From: an uncultured Verrucomicrobiae bacterium
Lineage (GTDB): Bacteria; Verrucomicrobiota; Verrucomicrobiia; Limisphaerales; Palsa-1400
Direction: 5' to 3'
Length of the DNA: 64,000 bases
Assembly (NCBI GenBank): GCA_963702845.1
Contig: OY969763.1
Span: 480,001-544,000, forward strand
Position 1 is the stretch's first letter. Every line of letters starts with the position of its first letter. Below are positions 19,490 to 28,368 of the stretch, in pieces. The notes below the pieces were generated by a model. It was not told where the DNA came from. It did not search any database and saw only the letters and a list, made by a program, of their open reading frames with translations. Both the position numbers and the translations under genes were made by a program.

Positions 19490-20020
19490 ATGACGTCCGC
19501 TTCCAAAAGCGAAAATCGAATTGCCTTGCCGGTGAGGCTGCGAGCTTGTCTTTCGACATATTTTATCTTGGGCGCGATCTGCGGCTTCCCGACTCTCGTG
19601 CCGGCAGTTGTAGTGGCGATGCAAGGCGAGTGGATAGGATCGGCGTTTCTAGGTCTTTGCTTTGCGCTATTGTTCGCGTGGATTGCTTCTTTCCGCATTG
19701 TCCTCACAGACGACCATATCACTTTTGTTAAGTTATTTGGCGGGTCGTCGTCACTCCCCTATGGAGAAATCGCCAGTGCCCGGATCGAATTGGGCTGGGC
19801 AAAGACGGCAGACAGGCTCAAGGGCGCTTACAGATTAGTGCTCGTTCCGAATAAACGGGCAGCCCAAAAGATGGAGATCAATATCAAGGTTTTCTCTCGG
19901 GAAGATTTGACCTTATTGATGCAGGTGCTTGCAATCAAGGCACCGGGCGCGCGAATGGATGACCGGTGCTCGAGGATGTGCAAGGGCAAATTGCCTTCGC
20001 TATTCTTCGAGAGCCAATAA
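19490..20020 (+). CDS. Hypothetical membrane protein (2 TM + possible PH-like domain)
   Basis: Two hydrophobic helices followed by RIVLTDDHITFVKLFG...LPYGEI. Confidence 0.6.
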   Translation: MTSASKSENRIALPVRLRACLSTYFILGAICGFPTLVPAVVVAMQGEWIGSAFLGLCFALLFAWIASFRIVLTDDHITFVKLFGGSSSLPYGEIASARIELGWAKTADRLKGAYRLVLVPNKRAAQKMEINIKVFSREDLTLLMQVLAIKAPGARMDDRCSRMCKGKLPSLFFESQ

Positions 20021-20059
20021 AGCTGTAAAAGAGATCTCAGTAGTAGTGCGACGAACCAC

Positions 20060-21400
20060 TTACCCTAACTTCCAAGGCGCGCGATAGGGCCGGGTCAGCA
20101 TCCGTGTAGCTTCCTCGTCATTCAAAATGGTTTCGCTGGCCGCATCCCACTTCAGTTTGCGACCGTCCAACAGCATCGAAATCAATCCCAGATGTCCGGG
20201 AATGGCTGAGTGATGGGCGGTCGCCGCAGGAGTGATGGTCGGCTTGCGCGATTTCACGCAATCCAGAAAATTCCGATGGTGATCCTTTGACTCGTAGAGT
20301 TTTATTTTCCGTAAATTCTCCGGCAGCTGCTCGACATTATTCCATTCCTTATTGGATGCATCAAACCCTTTGCGATTCACCCAAACCCAACCATCGGTTC
20401 CGATCCATTTTGTCCCGTTTTTAATGTCAGTGCCGCCGCCGTCGATGACCATTTCGATCCCTCGCGGATATTTTAATTCAACGCGATAGGTCTTGGCTGC
20501 GTTCCAAACGTCACCTTTTGGCGGAAAAACGCCGTGACCTTGAACTTCCGACGGACCTGAGTTATCGAAGTCGCAACCCCAGTGGGCAATGTCGCAGTGA
20601 TGTCCCACCCAATCCATCAACTGGCCCCCGCCAGTGTTGTAATTCCAGCGCCAATCCCGATGCAGACGCGCGGGAATGTAAGGCATCATTTGCGAGGGAC
20701 CGATCCAGGAATTGTAATCCAATTCGGACGGCGGCTTGATCGCCGTCATGTGATCTTTCTGCCTGCTTTCCGCATTGTTATAATCTTTGGGCAGACCCAC
20801 TTCGATTCGTTTGACCGTACCGATCAGGCCGTTGCGGACGATTTCCGCCGCCTTGTGAAAATTGGCGACTGAACGCTGCCAGGAACCGGTTTGCCAGATG
20901 CGTCCGGCGTCGGCGACCGCTTTGACCATGACCTGCTGCTCCTTGAGCGTGCGGGCCAGCGGTTTTTCGCCATAAATATCTTTTTTGCGACGGGCTGCTT
21001 CCACCGCCACCAATTCGTGCCAATGATCGGGCGTCGCCAGCATGACCGCGTCAATACCGGCCCGTGCCATCAACTCGCGGTAATCATGGTACGCTTTGCA
21101 ATCCTTGTTCTCGTATTTGCGATTAACAATCTGAACCAGACTATTGAGATGTTTTTTGTCCACGTCGCACGCCGCGATGACCCGGCAATCGGACTGCTCC
21201 AGAAAAGACCGGGTGTTGCCCGTGCCCATTCCGCCGCAGCCGACCATACCAAGAGTGATGCGATTGGAAGGGGCGGTCGTTCCACCAAGCCCGAGGGCGC
21301 TGGACGGAATAATGGTGGGAAAGGCCAGGGTTATGGCCGCTGCGCCAAGAAATCGACGACGACTGATTTTTTCCACGGACTGCAATTGGTTATTTTTCAA
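20060..21400 (-). CDS. Tat-exported Gfo/Idh/MocA family oxidoreductase
   Basis: SRRRFLG, VGCGGMG, ATPDHWH, YGEKPL and QTGSWQRS motifs. TTG start at 21400 follows AAGGA. Confidence 0.9.
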   Translation of the reverse strand: MKNNQLQSVEKISRRRFLGAAAITLAFPTIIPSSALGLGGTTAPSNRITLGMVGCGGMGTGNTRSFLEQSDCRVIAACDVDKKHLNSLVQIVNRKYENKDCKAYHDYRELMARAGIDAVMLATPDHWHELVAVEAARRKKDIYGEKPLARTLKEQQVMVKAVADAGRIWQTGSWQRSVANFHKAAEIVRNGLIGTVKRIEVGLPKDYNNAESRQKDHMTAIKPPSELDYNSWIGPSQMMPYIPARLHRDWRWNYNTGGGQLMDWVGHHCDIAHWGCDFDNSGPSEVQGHGVFPPKGDVWNAAKTYRVELKYPRGIEMVIDGGGTDIKNGTKWIGTDGWVWVNRKGFDASNKEWNNVEQLPENLRKIKLYESKDHHRNFLDCVKSRKPTITPAATAHHSAIPGHLGLISMLLDGRKLKWDAASETILNDEEATRMLTRPYRAPWKLG

Positions 21401-21733
21401 ATGAAATGAATTCCTTTTTGACGTTATGCGGATAGAGCGGGTTACGTTCCGGGGGGAAAGCAGAAGCAAGCAACCACTGTAAGGACCGGACCTAAAATTG
21501 GAACATTGCACTGACGCTTTTGCACAAAAGAGAATACCTGCCTTGCGTCACAGCAATCAAGCGCAGCGGACTAATTTAATATGATCGGTGCGCGGCAGAG
21601 CCGCTCTGCGTTATTCGTTGGGGGACGGTGTCGATTAAAGCGAAAACCAAGGTTGTCAACAACGCCCGAAAATTAGGGTGTGCCGATTCCGGGGCGAAGT
21701 ATGATACTTATAAAACAACGCCTCCTTTTCCCA

Positions 21734-21913
21734 ATGAAACTAAATGCCATAACCCGGTGTGCAGTTCTAACGGCACTGGCCATCACTATTCTGTCGACAC
21801 CGGCAGCCACGCTCAGTGAAAAAGATCCAGCGCCAAAAATACAAGTTTCCAAGTGGATTCAGGGTGAACCTGTAAAAACGTTTCAAGCAGGGCAAATTGC
21901 CAGGAAGTTCTGA
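21734..21913 (+). pseudogene. N-terminal fragment of a TlpA/redoxin-like protein
   Basis: Signal peptide followed by TLSEKDPAPKIQVSKWIQGEPVKTF, which stops before the expected FWATWC..C motif. Confidence 0.6.
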
Positions 21914-21919
21914 AAAGAG

Positions 21920-23161
21920 ATGAAGAGCGTTGAGCCATCCCGCACAGATCGCCGGCTGAGTTCCGCGCAGCCGGCGCGAGCGCCTCGGCCATTCCTTTTC
22001 CTTTCCTTTAGTTTGAATGTGGGGTTGCTTCTGTTTTTAGCTTTGGTCGGACGAAGACCTGCCGAATTACCGGCAACTCCATCGGCCCGGGCCACAGGAC
22101 GCATTCTGAGAACGGAAACCAAACGTGTCTCCACGCGGCCTGCCCACGCATTGCCCTGGCAGCAATTGCAGTCGGGCGATCTGGCGGTTTATGCCGCCAA
22201 CTTGCGCGCCGCCGATTGTCCTGAAAAAACCGTGCGCGACATTTTGCTGCCCTTGATCGAAGAAAAGTTCAAGCACCTCGAATCGCCAGTTTCCGAATCA
22301 ACTAATTTTTGGGCCAGCTTCAGCCAACGTCAGGTCGCCGCAATCGCTCGAGCCGAGCAGAAAAGCGCGCTGCGGCAACAGCAAGATAAGACGGTTAAAG
22401 AGTTGCTCGGGTTCGTCTGGACCCCTGAAGGGCTTAAAAATGCGTACGAGGGGGAAGCGGCTTGCTCGCTCGGCTTTCTCGATTATGAGCGCGCGGAAAA
22501 GTTCCTTTGCATTGCCGACCGGTTCAAAAAGCAGTTCTCGGGCGGAAACATCTCACGTCGCACCGACCGCCGCTCGGCCATCTACAATGCATGGCGCCAG
22601 GAAGTGGGCGAGGTCCTTTCCCTTAGCGAATTCGAAGAAACCGAGCTGCGCGCAATTCTGACAGCCTGTCAACGCCGCAATCCGAATCTTTGCAGGGCCG
22701 GCTTGAACGGTTCGGAATTGCGCCAGTTAATGTCCTACAGACGCGAGCTGTGCAATCCACTTCCCTCGGCCTTGCTAGCTGAGGACAGCACACTTCTTCA
22801 GGAGCTCGATAGGGCCGGCGAACAACAATTCAATGCGAAAACGAGATCGCTGTTGGGCGATAGCCGTTTTATTGACTACTTAAAAAATTGCGATGTCAGT
22901 ATCGAAAGAACACTTGCTGCGCTGGAAAGCGTCCACTTGCCCCGGACCCTGACGCTGCAACTCTTCGACCTTCGAGAGGATGCGCTGGCACGTGCGCAGG
23001 AAATTCGCCAGCTACCCACACGTCGTGCGGAAAAGCGATTGCGTCTGGCGGCGCTACGTCAAAACTCCATCGAACAACTCGCGGCCTTGTCGAACGCCAC
23101 AACCGACAGCCCCTTGTTCAATATCAATCACGAATGGCTCCAGCAAATTGCAAATCCATGA
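21920..23161 (+). CDS. Membrane-anchored helical hypothetical protein (NLR..CPE family), paralog A
   Basis: TM segment SFSLNVGLLLFL. Motif WQQLQSGDLAVYAANLRAADCPEKTVRDIL. Confidence 0.75.
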   Translation: MKSVEPSRTDRRLSSAQPARAPRPFLFLSFSLNVGLLLFLALVGRRPAELPATPSARATGRILRTETKRVSTRPAHALPWQQLQSGDLAVYAANLRAADCPEKTVRDILLPLIEEKFKHLESPVSESTNFWASFSQRQVAAIARAEQKSALRQQQDKTVKELLGFVWTPEGLKNAYEGEAACSLGFLDYERAEKFLCIADRFKKQFSGGNISRRTDRRSAIYNAWRQEVGEVLSLSEFEETELRAILTACQRRNPNLCRAGLNGSELRQLMSYRRELCNPLPSALLAEDSTLLQELDRAGEQQFNAKTRSLLGDSRFIDYLKNCDVSIERTLAALESVHLPRTLTLQLFDLREDALARAQEIRQLPTRRAEKRLRLAALRQNSIEQLAALSNATTDSPLFNINHEWLQQIANP

Positions 23162-24330
23162 GTTCACGGCTCCTCAGTTTTTCACTTTGTCTGAACCTGG
23201 TCCTGCTGGGAATGGTCGGATATCGGGTGGGGAGAAGCCATCTCGGCGGCAGCATCCCGACAGCAGCCGAGCCAATTCCTCAAACAAACCGCCTCGCCCA
23301 GACGAGCGCTGAACTTGCGCCGATGACTCCGGCGCCCTTGCGCTGGAGTGAACTTGAGTCCGAAGATTACCCGACCTACGTCGTCAACTTGCGCAGATCC
23401 GGTTGTCCAGAGCCGGTTTTGCGCCAGATCATCGGCGCCGACCTAAAGGACCTTTATGCGCGAAAGGCATTCGCTTTAGTCCGCGAATTTCACCGTGATT
23501 TCTGGGAAATCGCGGCCCGGGAAAATGTTCGAGAATACTTCGAAAAAAAGCTCAGACCACAAGTCAAAGCCTTTTGCAACGAACCCGACGTAATGCTCAA
23601 TCAACTCGTCGGTGAAGCGCCCCGCGAACCGTCCAGCGCGCCGAATGCCAGCAACCGGTTTACGGATTTTTTGTCTCCAGCAAAGCAGGAGCAATTGCGC
23701 TTGCTGGCTGAACGCTACGAGCCGCGGCTGCAAGCGATTAGCCAAGCCAACCTTTCGTCAGACGAAGAAGGATTCCAGCTGGCACAGTTGCGCACGGAGA
23801 TGGGGGACGAGCAAGCCCAGATACTATCACCCGAGGAACTGGCTGAATACCAACTGCGTCGGTCCATCGCGGCCTGTGAAGTGCAGCATTTACACGGGGT
23901 GGATTTTAGTGAGACCGAACTGCGCAACATGGCCAAAGCCATCGATGACTATCACCGTCGAATCTCCAGCCAAGCCGAGGATGTCCCCGAGACTCTGGAT
24001 CAGAAGCTCCAAACCGTGCTGGGGCAGGCGCGCTTTAGCGACTTCAACCGCGCTCGCTCCGCAAGCTATCGAGAGCTTTATGAAGTCGTTACAGTTTTCG
24101 GCCAACCCGCTGAGATCGCGGCGGACATCTTCGACTTGCGGCTTAAATCGGAAAGGAAGTCTGATGAAATTCGCGCTGACAAAATCCGGTCGCCCGAAGA
24201 AAAACAAGCGTTTCTTGATGAAACGCAGGAGCAGGTCGAGCAGGCCGTACAAAGCAAAATGGGAGCAGGAGCTTTTCAAAGTTACAACGCTGAAAATGGG
24301 AGGTGGATCAATGCATTGGGCCGCCTTTAA
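23158..24330 (+). CDS. Membrane-anchored helical hypothetical protein (NLR..CPE family), paralog B
   Basis: ATGA overlap with the upstream gene. TM segment SLCLNLVLL. Motif WSELESEDYPTYVVNLRRSGCPEPVLRQII. Confidence 0.78.
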   Translation: MSSRLLSFSLCLNLVLLGMVGYRVGRSHLGGSIPTAAEPIPQTNRLAQTSAELAPMTPAPLRWSELESEDYPTYVVNLRRSGCPEPVLRQIIGADLKDLYARKAFALVREFHRDFWEIAARENVREYFEKKLRPQVKAFCNEPDVMLNQLVGEAPREPSSAPNASNRFTDFLSPAKQEQLRLLAERYEPRLQAISQANLSSDEEGFQLAQLRTEMGDEQAQILSPEELAEYQLRRSIAACEVQHLHGVDFSETELRNMAKAIDDYHRRISSQAEDVPETLDQKLQTVLGQARFSDFNRARSASYRELYEVVTVFGQPAEIAADIFDLRLKSERKSDEIRADKIRSPEEKQAFLDETQEQVEQAVQSKMGAGAFQSYNAENGRWINALGRL

Positions 24331-24405
24331 TCTGAACAGGCGCACCTTTACGAAAACGCGGGACTTGGTTCGATGCTTTGTTTACTTCTAAGCTGACTAC
24401 ACCTT

Positions 24406-25308
24406 ATGGCACTCAAACGTCGCGTTCTACTTGCATGCTTCCTGAGCAGCATCTTTGTGGCCTCAGCTAACCGTACTTTCGCCGAAGCAGATGCGACGAA
24501 CCATCCGGTCTATAAAACTGTCGGCGAACGAAAACTGGCGCTGAACTTCGATTACCCACCTGATTGGAAACCATCCGACAAACGTCCGGCTATAGTTTTC
24601 TTTTTCGGCGGCGGTTGGACGAGCGGCACGCCCGCGCAGTTCAAGCCGCAGGCCGAATACTTCGCCAAACGTGGCCTCGTCTGTGCCCGCGCCGATTACC
24701 GTCTTCGCGCCAGGGATGGCGTCACTCCGGACAAGTGCGTGGAAGATGCCATCAGTGCCATGCGCTGGGTTCGCAGTCACGCGGCTCAATTCGGGATCGA
24801 TCCGAACCGCATCGTCGCCGCGGGAGGTTCGGCGGGAGGACACCTCGCCGCCTGCACTTTCTTTTTGGAGGGAATCGACGCACCGGGTGACGACAAATCC
24901 GTTTCACCGAAACCCAATGCGATGATTCTATACAATCCGGTGCTTGATCTGGTCGCCGTGCGCTCCGAGCGCGTCGTCCGCGGCGGCCATTACTTCGCCG
25001 GCGTCGATGACACGACGTTGAAACGGATTTCGCCCGCGCTTTATCTCCGCAAAGACATGCCCCCAACGTTGCTCATGGACGGAACGAAAGATTGGCTCAA
25101 TTCACAACTCCGTGCTTTCGTCGAGAAAGCCAAATCCATGGGAGCCCCGATCGAAGCATGGTACGCCGAAGGTCAAACCCACGGCTTTTTCAACAAACAA
25201 CCATGGATTGAAAAAACGACCGCCGAAGCCGACGCGTTCCTCTGTCGCATCGGTTATTTGAAAGACGAACCGAAAGTGCCACTCCCCGTCAGCCCACGTC
25301 ATCGATAA
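24406..25308 (+). CDS. Exported alpha/beta hydrolase (HSL-like esterase)
   Basis: FFGGGW oxyanion motif, GGSAGG nucleophile, GTKD and THGFF. Confidence 0.9.
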   Translation: MALKRRVLLACFLSSIFVASANRTFAEADATNHPVYKTVGERKLALNFDYPPDWKPSDKRPAIVFFFGGGWTSGTPAQFKPQAEYFAKRGLVCARADYRLRARDGVTPDKCVEDAISAMRWVRSHAAQFGIDPNRIVAAGGSAGGHLAACTFFLEGIDAPGDDKSVSPKPNAMILYNPVLDLVAVRSERVVRGGHYFAGVDDTTLKRISPALYLRKDMPPTLLMDGTKDWLNSQLRAFVEKAKSMGAPIEAWYAEGQTHGFFNKQPWIEKTTAEADAFLCRIGYLKDEPKVPLPVSPRHR

Positions 25309-25325
25309 CAACCGTGATGCGTTCA

Positions 25326-26018
25326 TCACGAATTACAATTTGTGACTATCTTCGACCTCAAGGATCGGACCATTTCCAACGCCAGCGCACCAGCCACTCC
25401 GCCCGCATGGCCCACCGCGATCGGCGTCCCCACGTTGCCGAAATGTAAGAAATCAAAAACGACGTTACCGGTGATAGCTTCAATTGCGCTTTTGCCGATG
25501 ATGATCGCAAACGTGATCCATCCGGCACGCGCGATCATCTTGTCCGTCGAACGCATCATTTCCAACGCGGACACCGCCAACAAACCGTGGGCGACTCCGG
25601 ATAATCCACACAGCCCAACCGAAGCGATCTGCGACGAACACAGCAGCGCAATCACCAGACTGCCCGCAGCGCTCGCGATAACATATGCGACGCGTTTGGC
25701 CCACGCCTTCTCTTCAAGCCCTGAATACACGAGAAAGAAGGCCGAGGCGTCCAGCAGTAGATGGTAGAAAGAGACATGGACAAACGGGTGGGTGAACATG
25801 CGCCACCATTCGCCGTCTCGCACCAACGCAGGAACATAAACAAACGCCGTCTGTTCGCGCCCGATGATCAGCGTCCAATTCAAAAGGAATACCACAATAC
25901 CGAATACGATCAGATCCCAGCGAACGGACTTGCTCGTGCTTCTCGCTTCCAAACACGAGTTGCGGGCGCTCGGAAAAGTGAGCGCTGCCGCGGATTGATT
26001 CAGTGTTGGGTCATTCAT
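25326..26018 (-). CDS. Rhombosortase (rhomboid-family intramembrane serine protease)
   Basis: GEWWRMFTHPFVH..FYHLLLD, catalytic GLSGVAHGL and GHAGG. Lies directly downstream of a GlyGly-CTERM protein. Confidence 0.85.
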   Translation of the reverse strand: MNDPTLNQSAAALTFPSARNSCLEARSTSKSVRWDLIVFGIVVFLLNWTLIIGREQTAFVYVPALVRDGEWWRMFTHPFVHVSFYHLLLDASAFFLVYSGLEEKAWAKRVAYVIASAAGSLVIALLCSSQIASVGLCGLSGVAHGLLAVSALEMMRSTDKMIARAGWITFAIIIGKSAIEAITGNVVFDFLHFGNVGTPIAVGHAGGVAGALALEMVRSLRSKIVTNCNS

Positions 26019-26027
26019 AATGCAAGA

Positions 26028-26051
26028 GGAGGGCGGCAATTGCCGCCCTCC
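26028..26051. promoter_or_regulatory. Perfect 24-bp palindrome/stem-loop between substrate and rhombosortase genes
   Basis: ggagggcggcaa|ttgccgccctcc. Confidence 0.75.
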
Positions 26052-26061
26052 GTTTCCCTAT

Positions 26062-28161
26062 TTACTCACCACGCTTACTGCTCTTGAACCGTCGCAACCA
26101 CACCAACAATCCCACGAACAACGGTCCAACCGGTGACGATCCGCCACCGCCAAGGTTGAAGCTTTGCCCTCCGGATTGCGGTCTGGCCTGCGTAACCTGA
26201 AGCGGCTGCGCTTGAGGAACCGGCGTTGTCTGCGACGCTCTCCGCGACACCGGAGCCTGCGCTGACACGGGCACGCTCGAAGCATCCTGCGGCCCAAGAC
26301 TGGCCATGGCCTTGCTGCGAATGTTGTCGAATTGATTGCGAACCAGCTCCTGCGCTTTCCGCTCTCGTTCATTCCGCAGCGCATTATTGCGCGAAATTTT
26401 CCAGCGCTGATATTCCCCGTCGTTTTCCAACACCAGGAACGACGTGTACTCAGTGACAATCGAATAACCTTCGCCCAATCGCACCACTTCATCTTTAACC
26501 GACTCTCTCGCATTGGTCCGGTCAGCCTCTATCAGTAGCGCATCGATTTTGTGCAGCGCCCACATCCGGTCGATTTCCGGGTTGTGTGTGTCTTCTTTTG
26601 GAAATTCCAACTGCGCCGACTGCTTCAATTCCACTCCATTAACACTTCCCCGCACAGTCACCTGCGCCTCACCACCCGCGTGGTAACGTCCGTAAATCCG
26701 CAAAGGTGCGCCATGATACAAATTAGGCAGCGCCTTGGGTTCCACGTCCGTGATTTGCAATCCACCAAAATCAATTTGCAAATTGCTTGCTGCCGGACGC
26801 GTCAGCTTGCGCCGAAACGCCTGCGCCTGCCTCGCAAAGTTATCGCCTTGCGAAATAAACGATGCCAAGCCGCCCGAGTCCTGCGCCAATTGTTGTAGCA
26901 AAGGTTTATTTACTTCATTGCCGACGCCGATGCAAAAAACGCGCGAATTCCGGGGGCGTTGCTGGATCAGTTGCAGCAAGGTCTGCCGGTCGCCGGAATC
27001 CGTCAACCCATCGCTCAAAATCACCACGTTGAGTTGCCGGTCCGCCTCGGCGTATTTGTAAGCCGTCGTAACTGCAGGGTTCAACATCGTGCCGCCCCGC
27101 GCCTGTTGTGTGCTGAGGTAAGCCTTCCCCGCTTCCTTTCCTGCGACATCGGCGGCGCGCAATTTCTGGAACGCGAGGTAAGGTTGCACGTTGAATGTGA
27201 TCAATTCGAAGCGATCTTTGGGCCCGAGTTCGTCAACAAAAGCTCCCACAGAATCCTTGGAAATGAGTAGTTTTCCGTCATCCGCCATGCTTCCCGAAAC
27301 ATCCAATAGAAAAACGTAGTCCATCCCGTCGTCCGCTTTCTTGAGGTCTTCTCCGGCAGTCATCGTCAGACAAAAATAACCATCTTCGCCATCGTGCTTC
27401 GACGTCACCAGATCAATTCCGGTTTGTGGCCGGGAGAGGTGATATGCGATGACGATGTCCTTCGCCAAATTGCCGGCCTTCGTTTCCATGCTCGCCTGGA
27501 AAAGTGAAGCGCTGTGGTTTGCCACGACAAAGTCGGTTCCATGGCTTGGACTTTCCATTTCGGTGATCGGCACCGGCGACTTCGCTTCCAATGAGAAAGC
27601 GAACTTTCCTGTCGTGCGGGAATCCACATTGCGGCGCGTCGACGTCGCCAATGGGTAAACGTAGGTCGCCCAATCATTATCAAAATCCAGTTCCTGATAA
27701 TAAATCACCTGAACTTTCTGGTCGGCCTGTGGCGCGATGGGAAAGATGCGCATCTCAAACGTTTTGAAGTCCGTTTGTTCCAGCAACCCTGGATCGCGTC
27801 GCACCTGTTTGTAGCTGTCGTAGATTTCTCGCGCGCGTCTCTTCTCGACCACTTCGCCGACCATTTCCTTGCCGTTGATCCACATGCTGAAATTGGCGAC
27901 TGACGCGCCCCTTGGAACCGGGAACGTATAGAGCGCCTCCACTTGCCGGCTCTCGGTGTTGTGAAAAATTTGCGTCACTTTCGTAATCGCAATTCCATCA
28001 TTGATGGTGACATCCACCGTATGCTCTTTAAGTTCAAGCACACCGCCCAGGCCGCCATCTGCAATTAACAAACCGGCGCCATGCGCTCCCGGAACAAGCG
28101 CGCTTTGCAACCAAAACGCCGCTGCTGCCAATAAACTGAGACTTCGTATTTTCGTTTTCAT
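26062..28161 (-). CDS. Secreted VIT + von Willebrand A domain protein with C-terminal GlyGly-CTERM-like anchor
   Basis: Signal peptide. VIT motifs EALYTFPVP, GEVVEKRRAREIY and DPGLLE. MIDAS DVSGSM and ILSDG. Tail GGGGSSPVGPLFVGLLVWLRR. Confidence 0.9.
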   Translation of the reverse strand: MKTKIRSLSLLAAAAFWLQSALVPGAHGAGLLIADGGLGGVLELKEHTVDVTINDGIAITKVTQIFHNTESRQVEALYTFPVPRGASVANFSMWINGKEMVGEVVEKRRAREIYDSYKQVRRDPGLLEQTDFKTFEMRIFPIAPQADQKVQVIYYQELDFDNDWATYVYPLATSTRRNVDSRTTGKFAFSLEAKSPVPITEMESPSHGTDFVVANHSASLFQASMETKAGNLAKDIVIAYHLSRPQTGIDLVTSKHDGEDGYFCLTMTAGEDLKKADDGMDYVFLLDVSGSMADDGKLLISKDSVGAFVDELGPKDRFELITFNVQPYLAFQKLRAADVAGKEAGKAYLSTQQARGGTMLNPAVTTAYKYAEADRQLNVVILSDGLTDSGDRQTLLQLIQQRPRNSRVFCIGVGNEVNKPLLQQLAQDSGGLASFISQGDNFARQAQAFRRKLTRPAASNLQIDFGGLQITDVEPKALPNLYHGAPLRIYGRYHAGGEAQVTVRGSVNGVELKQSAQLEFPKEDTHNPEIDRMWALHKIDALLIEADRTNARESVKDEVVRLGEGYSIVTEYTSFLVLENDGEYQRWKISRNNALRNERERKAQELVRNQFDNIRSKAMASLGPQDASSVPVSAQAPVSRRASQTTPVPQAQPLQVTQARPQSGGQSFNLGGGGSSPVGPLFVGLLVWLRRFKSSKRGE

Positions 28162-28231
28162 TCGTTTTTCGTGGTTAGTGTTTCGAGGCCCTTACCGCGT
28201 CCGCAGACGCGCGCCTCACGAAGATATGCAG

Positions 28232-28246
28232 TCATGTTTTGTGCCA
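28232..28246 (-). promoter_or_regulatory. Candidate sigma54 -24/-12 promoter of the VIT-vWA/rhombosortase operon
   Basis: Minus strand reads TGGCAC-AAAAC-ATGA: perfect -24 element, but GA instead of GC at -12. Confidence 0.45.
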
Positions 28247-28332
28247 ATAAAACCGCTGTTTCCCAACCAATTGAGCAGGAGATGCTTGCGAGATTTGTGG
28301 TGCTGAAGCTACGAGTCAGAATAACAAATAGA

Positions 28333-28362
28333 TAGACATTTATTGTATGTCAAATATACATT
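28333..28362. promoter_or_regulatory. Overlapping inverted repeats (candidate activator UAS) coinciding with the activator gene's own -35/-10
   Basis: gacat-N7-atgtc (28335-28351) and tgtat-N7-ataca (28344-28360). TAGACA-N18-TACATT ends 6 nt before GTG 28369. Confidence 0.5.
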
Positions 28363-28368
28363 TTATGC

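Noticed and set aside
21911..21913. TGA recoding (Sec/Trp/Gly)
   Set aside because: TGA terminates xerC, aroE and dusB normally, there is no redox-motif context or SECIS-like hairpin, and the downstream gene has its own membrane anchor.
22888..23157. 90-aa N-terminal extension of ORF 22888-24330
   Set aside because: It overlaps the upstream paralog. The paralog alignment and ATGA coupling point to a start at 23158.
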